The translations under genes were made by a program, and so were the position numbers. From a virus (lineage: Duplodnaviria; Heunggongvirae; Uroviricota; Caudoviricetes): a DNA stretch of 64,000 nt. The stretch lies in the IMG/VR virus record IMGVR_UViG_2974586480_000001; one strand, given 5' to 3'. Below are positions 56,952 to 64,000 of this stretch, in pieces. Below the pieces are notes generated by a model. The model had not been told where the DNA came from. It worked only from the letters and a program-made list of their open reading frames with translations, and did not search any database. Position 1 is the first letter of the stretch. The number at the start of each line of letters is the position of its first letter.

Positions 56952-56960
56952 GGATTTTAG

Positions 56961-57182
56961 ATGACAGAAATGAGTGAAGTAAAAAGTCTGCGGCTTGAAC
57001 AGCCTGTGGTGGTGCGTAAAGTGCCGATGACTGCACAGGGCTGCAATATGCTGAGAGCAATCCGAGATTACCAGATGGCAGAATATGCTGCTCGTGGTGA
57101 TAACGTAGAGATTCCGTTTCCGGTGGCCATCCACCTGATGATGCGTGAATTCTGCGCAATGAAGAACATCACTGTTCATTGA
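56961..57182 (+). CDS. hypothetical small protein
   Basis: 73-aa ORF with an RBS. Confidence 0.4.
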   Translation: MTEMSEVKSLRLEQPVVVRKVPMTAQGCNMLRAIRDYQMAEYAARGDNVEIPFPVAIHLMMREFCAMKNITVH

Positions 57183-57260
57183 TAAGTTAAAGGGGTTAGG
57201 AAACTGACCCCTTTGCCATTCTCACTGAATGTTTCATAAATGTTAATTAGAGGTTACACA

Positions 57261-58442
57261 ATGTCTACTATCCGTATTTACCCTTATGGCCCTTCTGAAT
57301 CTGCTCGAACCTTGAAGGAAGGCCTTTCTGAAACCTTCCCGAACACAGCAGTTCTTCGCCGTGAGGGGAGTCGTTACCGTCCGCGTGAAGGTCACTTCCT
57401 CATCAACTATGGTTCCAGTGAAGTGAACATGGACATGCGTGGTTTGAACGTGTTCAACCGCCCTGAGCATATCCGTAATGCCTCCAACAAAATCCGTGCC
57501 TTCGAGGCTTTCGCTGCTGCGGGAATCCCGACTGTAGATTGGACTACTGATCGGAACATGGCAGAGGGTTGGATGAATGACAACCAAGTTATCTACGCCA
57601 GAACTCGACTTCAAGGCCATTCTGGTGAGGGGATTGTGGTATGTTCTCGCCAGAACGTCGAAGGTATGGGTAACACCTTCCCTGTCGGTAACAACCTTGT
57701 AAACGCTCCGTTGTATACCAAGGGTGTGACCGGAAACCGTAACGAGGTTCGTGTCCATGTCGCCTTTGGTCGTGTGATTCTGGAGCAAAAGAAGAAGCGT
57801 GTTGAGGGTTACAGGGATCTCCCCAACTACTCCAATGTAGTTCGTAACCACAGCACTGGGTGGATCTACGCAACTGAAGATCTGAACATCCCTCAAGAGG
57901 TTCGTGATACAGCAGTCCGTGCTGTAGCCGCGTTGAACTTGGATTTTGGTGCTGTTGACATTGTTTACAAAGGTCGTACTCGTTTTGAGGTTTACGTACT
58001 CGAAGTCAACACTGCCCCTGGCCTGTCAGGTGAGTCCTCTCGTGTAGCTTATGTTCGTGCTTTTACGGATCGTATCAACGGTGTGGAACCTGCCGAAACC
58101 CCAGAACCTGCCGTTGTGGCAAACCAAGAACCAGTTGTGGCTCAGGAGGCCAACCATGTTCAAGAAGTTCAACCTGCCGTTGTGGAAGAAGTACAAGTTG
58201 CACCTGCCGCAGTTCAACGATCTGCCAGTCAACCTCGAACTGCCGAACGACCCCAACGACCCAATGCCCAAGAAGCACGTTCTGCACTGATTGAAGGGCA
58301 CTTCTATGTAGTTCACCACACTCCGTCCGAGACTCGTATGGTGGTTGTATACCAGAACTCCGAGATGTGGCCCTGCGGTGTGGAGATGGGTATCCCTCCG
58401 ACCGAATGTCGGATCATCCGTGAAATCAATATCGAAGACTGA
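57261..58442 (+). CDS. ATP-grasp ligase (RimK-like) with a low-complexity P/V/A/Q/E-rich C-terminal region
   Basis: 'LNLDFGAVDIVYKGRTRFEVYVLEVNTAPGL' is typical of the ATP-grasp C-terminal half. The tail reads 'EPAETPEPAVVANQEPVVAQEANHVQEVQPAVVEEVQVAPAAVQ'. Confidence 0.65.
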   Translation: MSTIRIYPYGPSESARTLKEGLSETFPNTAVLRREGSRYRPREGHFLINYGSSEVNMDMRGLNVFNRPEHIRNASNKIRAFEAFAAAGIPTVDWTTDRNMAEGWMNDNQVIYARTRLQGHSGEGIVVCSRQNVEGMGNTFPVGNNLVNAPLYTKGVTGNRNEVRVHVAFGRVILEQKKKRVEGYRDLPNYSNVVRNHSTGWIYATEDLNIPQEVRDTAVRAVAALNLDFGAVDIVYKGRTRFEVYVLEVNTAPGLSGESSRVAYVRAFTDRINGVEPAETPEPAVVANQEPVVAQEANHVQEVQPAVVEEVQVAPAAVQRSASQPRTAERPQRPNAQEARSALIEGHFYVVHHTPSETRMVVVYQNSEMWPCGVEMGIPPTECRIIREINIED

Positions 58443-58450
58443 GGTATTTA

Positions 58451-58666
58451 ATGGCTTACACAGTTTTAGATTATACCAACTACAAAGGGGATCGCAAAAA
58501 GAGAGCTGTGATCCCTCTTAAAGTTCGGTTTGAATCCAACAACGAATACCATGGTGCCTCTTGGATTCTTGAGGCATATGATGTAAACAAGCGTCGTGTT
58601 CGTAGTTTTGATATCAAACAAATCCATAACCCAGAAGTCTTGGAGAATATAGACTTCACAAAGTAG
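58451..58666 (+). CDS. hypothetical small protein
   Basis: 71 aa. Confidence 0.4.
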   Translation: MAYTVLDYTNYKGDRKKRAVIPLKVRFESNNEYHGASWILEAYDVNKRRVRSFDIKQIHNPEVLENIDFTK

Positions 58667-58675
58667 GTTAAATTT

Positions 58676-59479
58676 ATGAAATCTAAATTTCAAGTTTTCG
58701 TACAGGGTATGGCCATCAACACCAGTATTTTTCAATTCTCTGGTGGTGAGTACCAAGTTAACCTTGACAAGTTGGTTATTGCAGGGAACAATCCTGTAAA
58801 AGCTCACATACAAGCTTTCATCTTGGATGGAGATATCATGCCATTGGCACTGATTGTGGATGCACTCCGTGGGGTATACGGGGATTGCTCTATCTCTTTA
58901 GACCTCCCGTACCTTCCCTACGCTCGCCAAGACCGTGTAATGAACAGCGGTGAAGCCTTGTCCTGCAAGGTATTCTGTGACATGATCAACGGACTTGGTT
59001 TCTCCAATGTCTATATCAATGATTGCCACAGTGATGTTGGTCTGGCTTTGATCAAAAATGTAACCAATATCCCGTTGCAACTTCCAACGGAATATGCGTA
59101 CATTCTGAATCCACTTCACAAGCCGTACGATGCTATCGTAGCCCCAGATGCCGGTGCCTTGAAGAAGTCTTACAAGGTTGCCCAATCCTATCATATACCT
59201 GAACTCATCAGAGCAGATAAAACCCGAGATGTGACCAATGGTGTCATCACAGGCACTGTGGTGTATGGTGACGTTGAAGGTAAACGCCTCATTGTGTGTG
59301 ATGACATCTGCGATGGTGGTATGACCTTCATCAAACTGGGTGAAGAACTGCGTAAACAGGGGGCAAAGTCAATCGACCTTCATGTTACCCATGGGATTTT
59401 CAGTAAAGGTAAAACTGAACTTCTCAAACTGTACAACAACGTAACTGCAACCTTCGATTATGAGGAGATGTTCAAATGA
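58676..59479 (+). CDS. ribose-phosphate pyrophosphokinase (PRPP synthetase)-like, candidate Adps of a NARP1-type pathway
   Basis: 'LPYLPYARQDR' (Prs signature) and the PRPP-binding loop 'RLIVCDDICDGGMTF'. 267 aa, shorter than cellular PrsA. Confidence 0.6.
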   Translation: MKSKFQVFVQGMAINTSIFQFSGGEYQVNLDKLVIAGNNPVKAHIQAFILDGDIMPLALIVDALRGVYGDCSISLDLPYLPYARQDRVMNSGEALSCKVFCDMINGLGFSNVYINDCHSDVGLALIKNVTNIPLQLPTEYAYILNPLHKPYDAIVAPDAGALKKSYKVAQSYHIPELIRADKTRDVTNGVITGTVVYGDVEGKRLIVCDDICDGGMTFIKLGEELRKQGAKSIDLHVTHGIFSKGKTELLKLYNNVTATFDYEEMFK

Positions 59480-59685
59480 TGATTTATTTTATTGGGGTTT
59501 GTATTTCTTTGGCACTTTTTACTTACTTCATAGCACAAGGTGAAAAGAATGGTAAAATAGATGCTGATGATTTCTTCAACACCCTCATGATCATTGGACT
59601 TTCCGCTGTGTGGTTTGTTACTTGGCCACTCCTCATTCTTGCTATCTCCATAAAGATTGGCAAGGATTTCTTTAAGAGGTTTTAA
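59476..59685 (+). CDS. small membrane protein
   Basis: 69 aa and hydrophobic. Confidence 0.35.
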   Translation: MMIYFIGVCISLALFTYFIAQGEKNGKIDADDFFNTLMIIGLSAVWFVTWPLLILAISIKIGKDFFKRF

Positions 59686-59686
59686 T

Positions 59687-59911
59687 ATGCCACTTTGGAT
59701 GTATGTGTCAGGTTTCCTGATAACGCTGATTGTCGTAGCAACTGTGATAGTCATAAAGGACGAAACAGAAGTTGTGATGAAGGATTTCAGTAGCCTCTGG
59801 GCTCTCTTTTTGTGTGCAGTATGGCCAATTGCTTGGTCTTTGTTCATGATTGATGTGCTCTTCACCATGCTTGTAGTGGCTATAAAATATCTGGTTGAGA
59901 GGTTTAAATGA
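59687..59911 (+). CDS. small membrane protein
   Basis: ATG at 59687 after an AAGAGG RBS. 74 aa. Confidence 0.35.
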   Translation: MPLWMYVSGFLITLIVVATVIVIKDETEVVMKDFSSLWALFLCAVWPIAWSLFMIDVLFTMLVVAIKYLVERFK

Positions 59912-60168
59912 GTGGGATTCTACTGGGCATCCTCTATATTGTTATAGGGTTGATCGCTGCGACTTGTTATCAAGTTGTAATAAGGTTCTACCAAAATGGA
60001 ATGTTGTATGATGAAGATTCTATCATATCTTTCATTGTTGCAATATTTTGGCCAGCCGCCATACCAGCAACTGTATTGACATGGTTGTTCAGCAATATTG
60101 TTTGCAATTTCAATGATGTATCTGAAAAGATATATAATAAACTCTCCAGTAAAAAGGATTCAAAATGA
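59908..60168 (+). CDS. small membrane protein
   Basis: 86 aa and hydrophobic. Confidence 0.35.
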   Translation: MSGILLGILYIVIGLIAATCYQVVIRFYQNGMLYDEDSIISFIVAIFWPAAIPATVLTWLFSNIVCNFNDVSEKIYNKLSSKKDSK

Positions 60169-61814
60169 GCTTTTCTGCCACCGCCGCTGATGCCTATAAA
60201 GTCTCTCACAAAGGTTTTATGGAGCCTGGCACCAATCGTATCTACTCCAACTTCACGGCCCGCAACTTCAAGCATATGCCGATTCCTGCACACCTGAAGG
60301 ATAACAAAATCGTTTGGTTTGGTATCCAAGCATATGTTACTGAGAAGCTGGTGAATAAGTGGAACTCCACTTTCTTCAAAAAACCCAAAGATGCCGTGTG
60401 TCGCCGTCTTGCACGTCGATTCAACACCTTCTTCGGACAAGACAAGGTAAATGTCAAGCATTTTGAAGAACTGCATGACTTGGGCTACCTTCCTATCCAC
60501 ATCAAATCCTTGCCAGAAGGTTCTGTTGTTCCGGCCAAAGTTGCACTGATGACCATCACCAACACTGATGATCGTTTTGGCTGGTTGACCAATTATCTGG
60601 AAACACAAATCAGTTCTGATCTGTGGAAACCTGCCACCGTTGCAACTATCGCCCGTGCTTATCGCAAACTGTGTGACAAGTATGCAATGGAAACCGTTGG
60701 TAGCACTGACGGTGTCGAGTTCCAGTGCCATGACTTCTCCATGCGTGGTATGTCTGGTGAAGAGGATGCAGAACGTTGTGGCCCTGGCCATCTTCTGTTC
60801 TTCAAGGGTACTGACACCCTCCCAGCAGTAGACCGTATCGAGGATTACTACGGTGTCGATGCTGAGAAGTTCTTTATCGGTACTTCTGTACCAGCATCTG
60901 AGCACTCTCTGGCATCTCTGGGGTATGCTGTTCGTGGTGAACTGGAAGCCTTCCGTAAATGGATGACTGTGGATTATCCAACAGGCATTGTGAGTTTGGT
61001 GTCCGATACCACTGATTACTGGAAAGTTTTGAGCGAGTATGCACCAGCTCTCAAGGATAACATTCTGGCCCGTAAGCCAGATGAACTCGGTCTGTGCAAG
61101 GTCGTGTTCCGTCCTGACTCTGGTAATCCAGCTGACATCCTCTGTGGTCATGAGTACATTGAGATCACTGATGAAAAGGATTTCTACTGGCACTACTGCA
61201 ACACCACTCAGGATGACACCTTCGTGAAAATCGGAGAAGAGTTCTTTGAGCTGTCTTGGGATATTCACTGGGCCGATGGATACAGTGAATATGAAGGTTT
61301 CACCATTGGTAACAAGGTTGATCCTCGTGTCATCAAGGGTTCTGTAGAACTTCTGTGGGACACTTTCGGGGGTACTATCACTGAGAAGGGTTATAAGATG
61401 TTAGATTCTCACGTAGGTCTGATCTATGGCGACTCTATCACCCTTGCTGTTGCAGAAGACATCTTCAAGCGACTCAAGAAGAAAGGTTTTGCCTCCCTGA
61501 ACGTTGTTTTGGGCATCGGTTCTTATACCTATAACTACCTGACCCGTGACTCTGCTGGTATGGCTATCAAAGCCACCTATGCAGAGGTGAACGGTAAGCC
61601 GGTAGTCCTGTCCAAAGATCCTGTTACTGATGATGGCACCAAGAAATCTGCCAAAGGTCTGATTCGTGTAGAACGTCAGAACGGAACTTTTGTTCAGTTT
61701 GATGAGCAAACCTCTGAACAGGAAAAAGTGGGAGCCCTCGAAACCATCCTCTTTAATGGTGCCCAGTTTAATCTGAAAACTTGGGATACCATTATCGAAA
61801 CTGCAAACGCTTAA
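60165..61814 (+). CDS. nicotinamide phosphoribosyltransferase (NAMPT/NadV)-like, candidate Namat
   Basis: N-terminal 'ADAYKVSHKGF' (the DSYKxSH hallmark of the NAMPT family). 549 aa. The antisense 426-aa ORF is judged spurious. Confidence 0.65.
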   Translation: MSFSATAADAYKVSHKGFMEPGTNRIYSNFTARNFKHMPIPAHLKDNKIVWFGIQAYVTEKLVNKWNSTFFKKPKDAVCRRLARRFNTFFGQDKVNVKHFEELHDLGYLPIHIKSLPEGSVVPAKVALMTITNTDDRFGWLTNYLETQISSDLWKPATVATIARAYRKLCDKYAMETVGSTDGVEFQCHDFSMRGMSGEEDAERCGPGHLLFFKGTDTLPAVDRIEDYYGVDAEKFFIGTSVPASEHSLASLGYAVRGELEAFRKWMTVDYPTGIVSLVSDTTDYWKVLSEYAPALKDNILARKPDELGLCKVVFRPDSGNPADILCGHEYIEITDEKDFYWHYCNTTQDDTFVKIGEEFFELSWDIHWADGYSEYEGFTIGNKVDPRVIKGSVELLWDTFGGTITEKGYKMLDSHVGLIYGDSITLAVAEDIFKRLKKKGFASLNVVLGIGSYTYNYLTRDSAGMAIKATYAEVNGKPVVLSKDPVTDDGTKKSAKGLIRVERQNGTFVQFDEQTSEQEKVGALETILFNGAQFNLKTWDTIIETANA

Positions 61815-61828
61815 CCAAGTGGTGAGGT

Positions 61829-61996
61829 ATGATTACTATTCTGATATGGGCGTTGGTTATCCTCCAACTTGGATGCCTTATTTACGCTCTTGTAAAAGGT
61901 AAAAATCCCTGGGAAGTCCTTGGAGGGTTCAGTATCTGGGGAGTAATTCCGGTGCTGATTTTGGACATGATTAGCCGCTCATTGGCAAGCCCCTAA
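61829..61996 (+). CDS. small membrane protein (55 aa)
   Basis: ATG at 61829 after a GTGAGG RBS. Hydrophobic. It falls below the ORF-track cutoff. Confidence 0.3.
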   Translation: MITILIWALVILQLGCLIYALVKGKNPWEVLGGFSIWGVIPVLILDMISRSLASP

Positions 61997-62002
61997 GGAG
62001 GG

Positions 62003-62527
62003 TTGGTGTCCCGTGTAATGATATCCAGTGATCTCCACTTAGGCCACAGAAATGTAACTAAGTGGAGGTCTCAATTCTCATCTGTAGAAGAACATGATGA
62101 GTATATTATCGACCGTCACATAAAAACTCTTGGTAAAAGGGATATCTGGGTGTGTCTTGGGGATGTCTGTTTTGATCGAAACAAGCTTCATCGGTTAAAC
62201 AGTATCTCTTGCGAGAAGAAGGTTCTGATACTAGGAAACCACTGTACAGAGCACCTTTCAGTTCTGGATTTTTTAGAAGTATTTGATGAAATTCATTCGT
62301 TGAAAAAAGGTTCTCACAATGGTGTAAAATATTGGCTATCTCATGCCCCTATTCACGAAGAAGAGTTGCGTGGTAAAATTAACATTCATGGACACATGCA
62401 TGAGCGTGTTTTAAAGGGTGGTCGATATATAAACGCCTGTCTTGAACACACAGAGTATGAACCTGTGTGGCTACAAGATCTTCTCATCCGTGGAGGTTTT
62501 CTTGATAACAAGGGTAATAAACGGTGA
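62003..62527 (+). CDS. metallophosphoesterase (calcineurin-like)
   Basis: 'SDLHLGH', 'GDVCFD' and 'GNHC' motifs. 174 aa. Confidence 0.55.
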   Translation: MVSRVMISSDLHLGHRNVTKWRSQFSSVEEHDEYIIDRHIKTLGKRDIWVCLGDVCFDRNKLHRLNSISCEKKVLILGNHCTEHLSVLDFLEVFDEIHSLKKGSHNGVKYWLSHAPIHEEELRGKINIHGHMHERVLKGGRYINACLEHTEYEPVWLQDLLIRGGFLDNKGNKR

Positions 62528-62598
62528 TTGGGAAATAATCTCAAATTTAATTGATATAAATACCAGTGATATAGAAGTCACTGTTGTGGAGTTTGAAT

Positions 62599-62898
62599 AT
62601 GGTAAAACAAAAAACTAACATTGTTGTCGCAATCCGTGACTATAATATCGACGGTGTATTTGAGGGGTTTATTGGTGATAAGCCTTTTGAAGTGGAGCTG
62701 GATTCCATCAACACCAAAACCACAGAATATGTAGGTGGGTTCTTCTATAAGGATGATGGCGTTGTCACTGACATGAAGCCTACCAGCAAGATGAACGTAT
62801 CTTTCCGTGGTGACAAGGGTCGTTTTGTATCCTACAAAGCTCTCCCGAAAAAGTACAATTTTATCAAAACCGTTGTAGAAAATCTTCCTAACATCTAA
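62599..62898 (+). CDS. hypothetical protein
   Basis: ATG at 62599 after a GTGGAG RBS. 99 aa. Confidence 0.4.
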   Translation: MVKQKTNIVVAIRDYNIDGVFEGFIGDKPFEVELDSINTKTTEYVGGFFYKDDGVVTDMKPTSKMNVSFRGDKGRFVSYKALPKKYNFIKTVVENLPNI

Positions 62899-63038
62899 GG
62901 AGTTTGTATGTCTTTTATTCTTGGCGTTGTAGTTGGTCTGGGTCTTGCTTATGCTGGCCTTGTTTATGCAATGAACACTGGTCGTGTGTTCAAACTGAAT
63001 GGGGTTGATTGCAATATCAACGTCCTGTAAGGAGTTTC

Positions 63039-63797
63039 ATGATACGAAAGACCCTGAGTATACCATTTAAATCCAGAGTATTTTTTGTATCAGATTTGCA
63101 TGGGGAGATTGACAACCTCCTCATTGCATTAGAGAAACTCCGGTTTAAATTTGGTGAAGATTATCTTATTTGTGGTGGAGATCTGATAGATCGTGGAAGT
63201 GATAGTTTTAAAACTGCCTCTTTCTTCCTGACAGATAAGACTGGATCATTTCATACTGTTCGTGGTAATCATGACCAGTTTGCCATAGAGGCTCCAAAGT
63301 CAATCCCTATCTGGAACATGAATGGTGGGGAGTGGGCTACAGAATCCATGAGCTGGGATCAGCTTGAAGGTTTTGGTGAATCTATGTCAAAACTGCCATA
63401 CGTGATCGAAATAGAATTTCTAGGGAAGCGGATTGGGGTAGTTCATGCTGAGGTTCCACCTGAGTACACTACTTGGGATTCCTTCCTAAAAGATCTAGAG
63501 GAAAATCCTGTTGCAAGACAACGATCTATCTGGTCTAGAGATATTTTGTACGGAAGAGTCGGTAATGACTTTGAAAAAACTCTACTTGGTATAGATCACC
63601 TAGTTCACGGTCACACTGTCGTTGATTATCCGACAATAATTGGCAATCGTCATTACATTGATACTGGACATGTTTTTGGTCAATACTTGACTATTGCAGA
63701 GTTCATAGGTGATGATTCATTTGTTTACTATCGTCTTGACTATGAAGATAAAAGGTTATCAGTGTTTGAAGACTGGGATCTAGACATAGTTAAGTAA
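63039..63797 (+). CDS. Ser/Thr protein phosphatase-family metallophosphoesterase (lambda-PPase/ApaH-like)
   Basis: 'VSDLHGE', 'GGDLIDRGSDS' and 'RGNHDQ' motifs. ATG at 63039 after an AAGGAG RBS. Confidence 0.6.
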   Translation: MIRKTLSIPFKSRVFFVSDLHGEIDNLLIALEKLRFKFGEDYLICGGDLIDRGSDSFKTASFFLTDKTGSFHTVRGNHDQFAIEAPKSIPIWNMNGGEWATESMSWDQLEGFGESMSKLPYVIEIEFLGKRIGVVHAEVPPEYTTWDSFLKDLEENPVARQRSIWSRDILYGRVGNDFEKTLLGIDHLVHGHTVVDYPTIIGNRHYIDTGHVFGQYLTIAEFIGDDSFVYYRLDYEDKRLSVFEDWDLDIVK

Positions 63798-63865
63798 ATA
63801 ATAATTAGAGGTTTATAAAGATGGTTAAATGTTTTGCTATTCTCAAAAAGAATTTGAGGTATGAA

Positions 63866-64000
63866 TGTCTGGAAAGAAGTACGGTAATAAAGAGGTTATT
63901 GGCGATTCGGCATGTCCGTCTTGCACAGCAAGAGGTCATGACCGTACCGGTAATCACCTCCAGCATTGGATAAATCACGACACCGAAGAACAATGGGTGT
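63866..64000 (+). CDS. N-terminal part of a zinc-finger protein (CPSC...H...H). Possibly a primase/helicase-type N-terminus. Truncated by the window end.
   Basis: An ORF still open at the window end, beginning MSGKKYGNKEVIGDSACPSCTARGHDRTGNHLQHW. Confidence 0.3.

Noticed and set aside
21311-60857. TACTACGGTGAC as a T7/SP6-type single-subunit RNAP promoter
   Set aside because: It has no CACTATA-like -7 to -1 element and no AT-rich -17 block. No large phage RNAP gene is seen in the window. It is kept as an unexplained motif.
59988-61268. 426-aa minus-strand ORF
   Set aside because: It is antisense to the NAMPT-like gene.
1-64000. Integrase, attachment sites, transposase or other mobile-element hallmarks
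   Set aside because: None were recognised. The tRNA-like loci lack adjacent recombinase genes or obvious direct-repeat att duplications.

Overview
The window reads as a segment of a tailed dsDNA phage genome, about 43% GC, with two divergent arms. Positions 1-17478 carry the late/structural module on the minus strand. The order by position and composition is small terminase, large terminase, portal, scaffold, major capsid with an Ig-like ORF in the -1 frame, several small virion proteins, a 1224-aa tail fibre with a C-terminal intramolecular-chaperone-like tail, a tail-collar-like fibre, large tail or ejection proteins, and a second partial fibre-like gene. Positions 17479-20317 form a 2.8-kb ORF-free region with iteron-like repeats, a candidate sigma70 promoter, many GNRA-type hairpins and a plus-strand terminator. 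This may be an origin or regulatory region plus a large structured ncRNA. From 20318 onward nearly everything is on the plus strand. This arm is an accessory or metabolic region rich in small membrane proteins, with the following contents. (1) Four tRNA-type genes: a canonical tRNA-Met(CAT), a noncanonical tRNA-Cys-like gene, and two tRNA-like genes carrying roughly 50-nt insertions in the anticodon loop. (2) A striking array of eight hairpin-enclosed elements that share a YTNCAGCAA loop motif. The array sits between an AAA ATPase and a vWA protein whose Ro60-like (TROVE/DUF2828) identity is not confirmed, and the same motif occurs inside the tRNA-like insertions. (3) A strand-biased 12-mer, TACTACGGTGAC, occurring at least ten times both inside and outside genes. 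(4) A predicted peptide- or metabolite-modification cluster: two Amidoligase_2 paralogs, a class-II glutamine amidotransferase with C-terminal zinc ribbons, a RimK-like ATP-grasp enzyme, a GGCT/AIG2 enzyme, and three paralogs of unknown function. (5) A PRPP-synthetase-like gene followed by a NAMPT-like gene, a NARP1-type NAD reconstitution pair. (6) A Kcv-like minimal K+ channel, a YgiB/YgiC-like DUF1190 plus GspS-type amidoligase pair, a ProQ/FinO-domain protein, an Rnl2-like RNA ligase, a Nudix hydrolase, a SleB-like cell-wall hydrolase, a J-domain protein, an SPFH protein and two metallophosphoesterases. All functional calls come from motifs I recognised by eye, since no database search was possible. 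Coordinates of starts were adjusted where an ATG with a Shine-Dalgarno sequence was evident.
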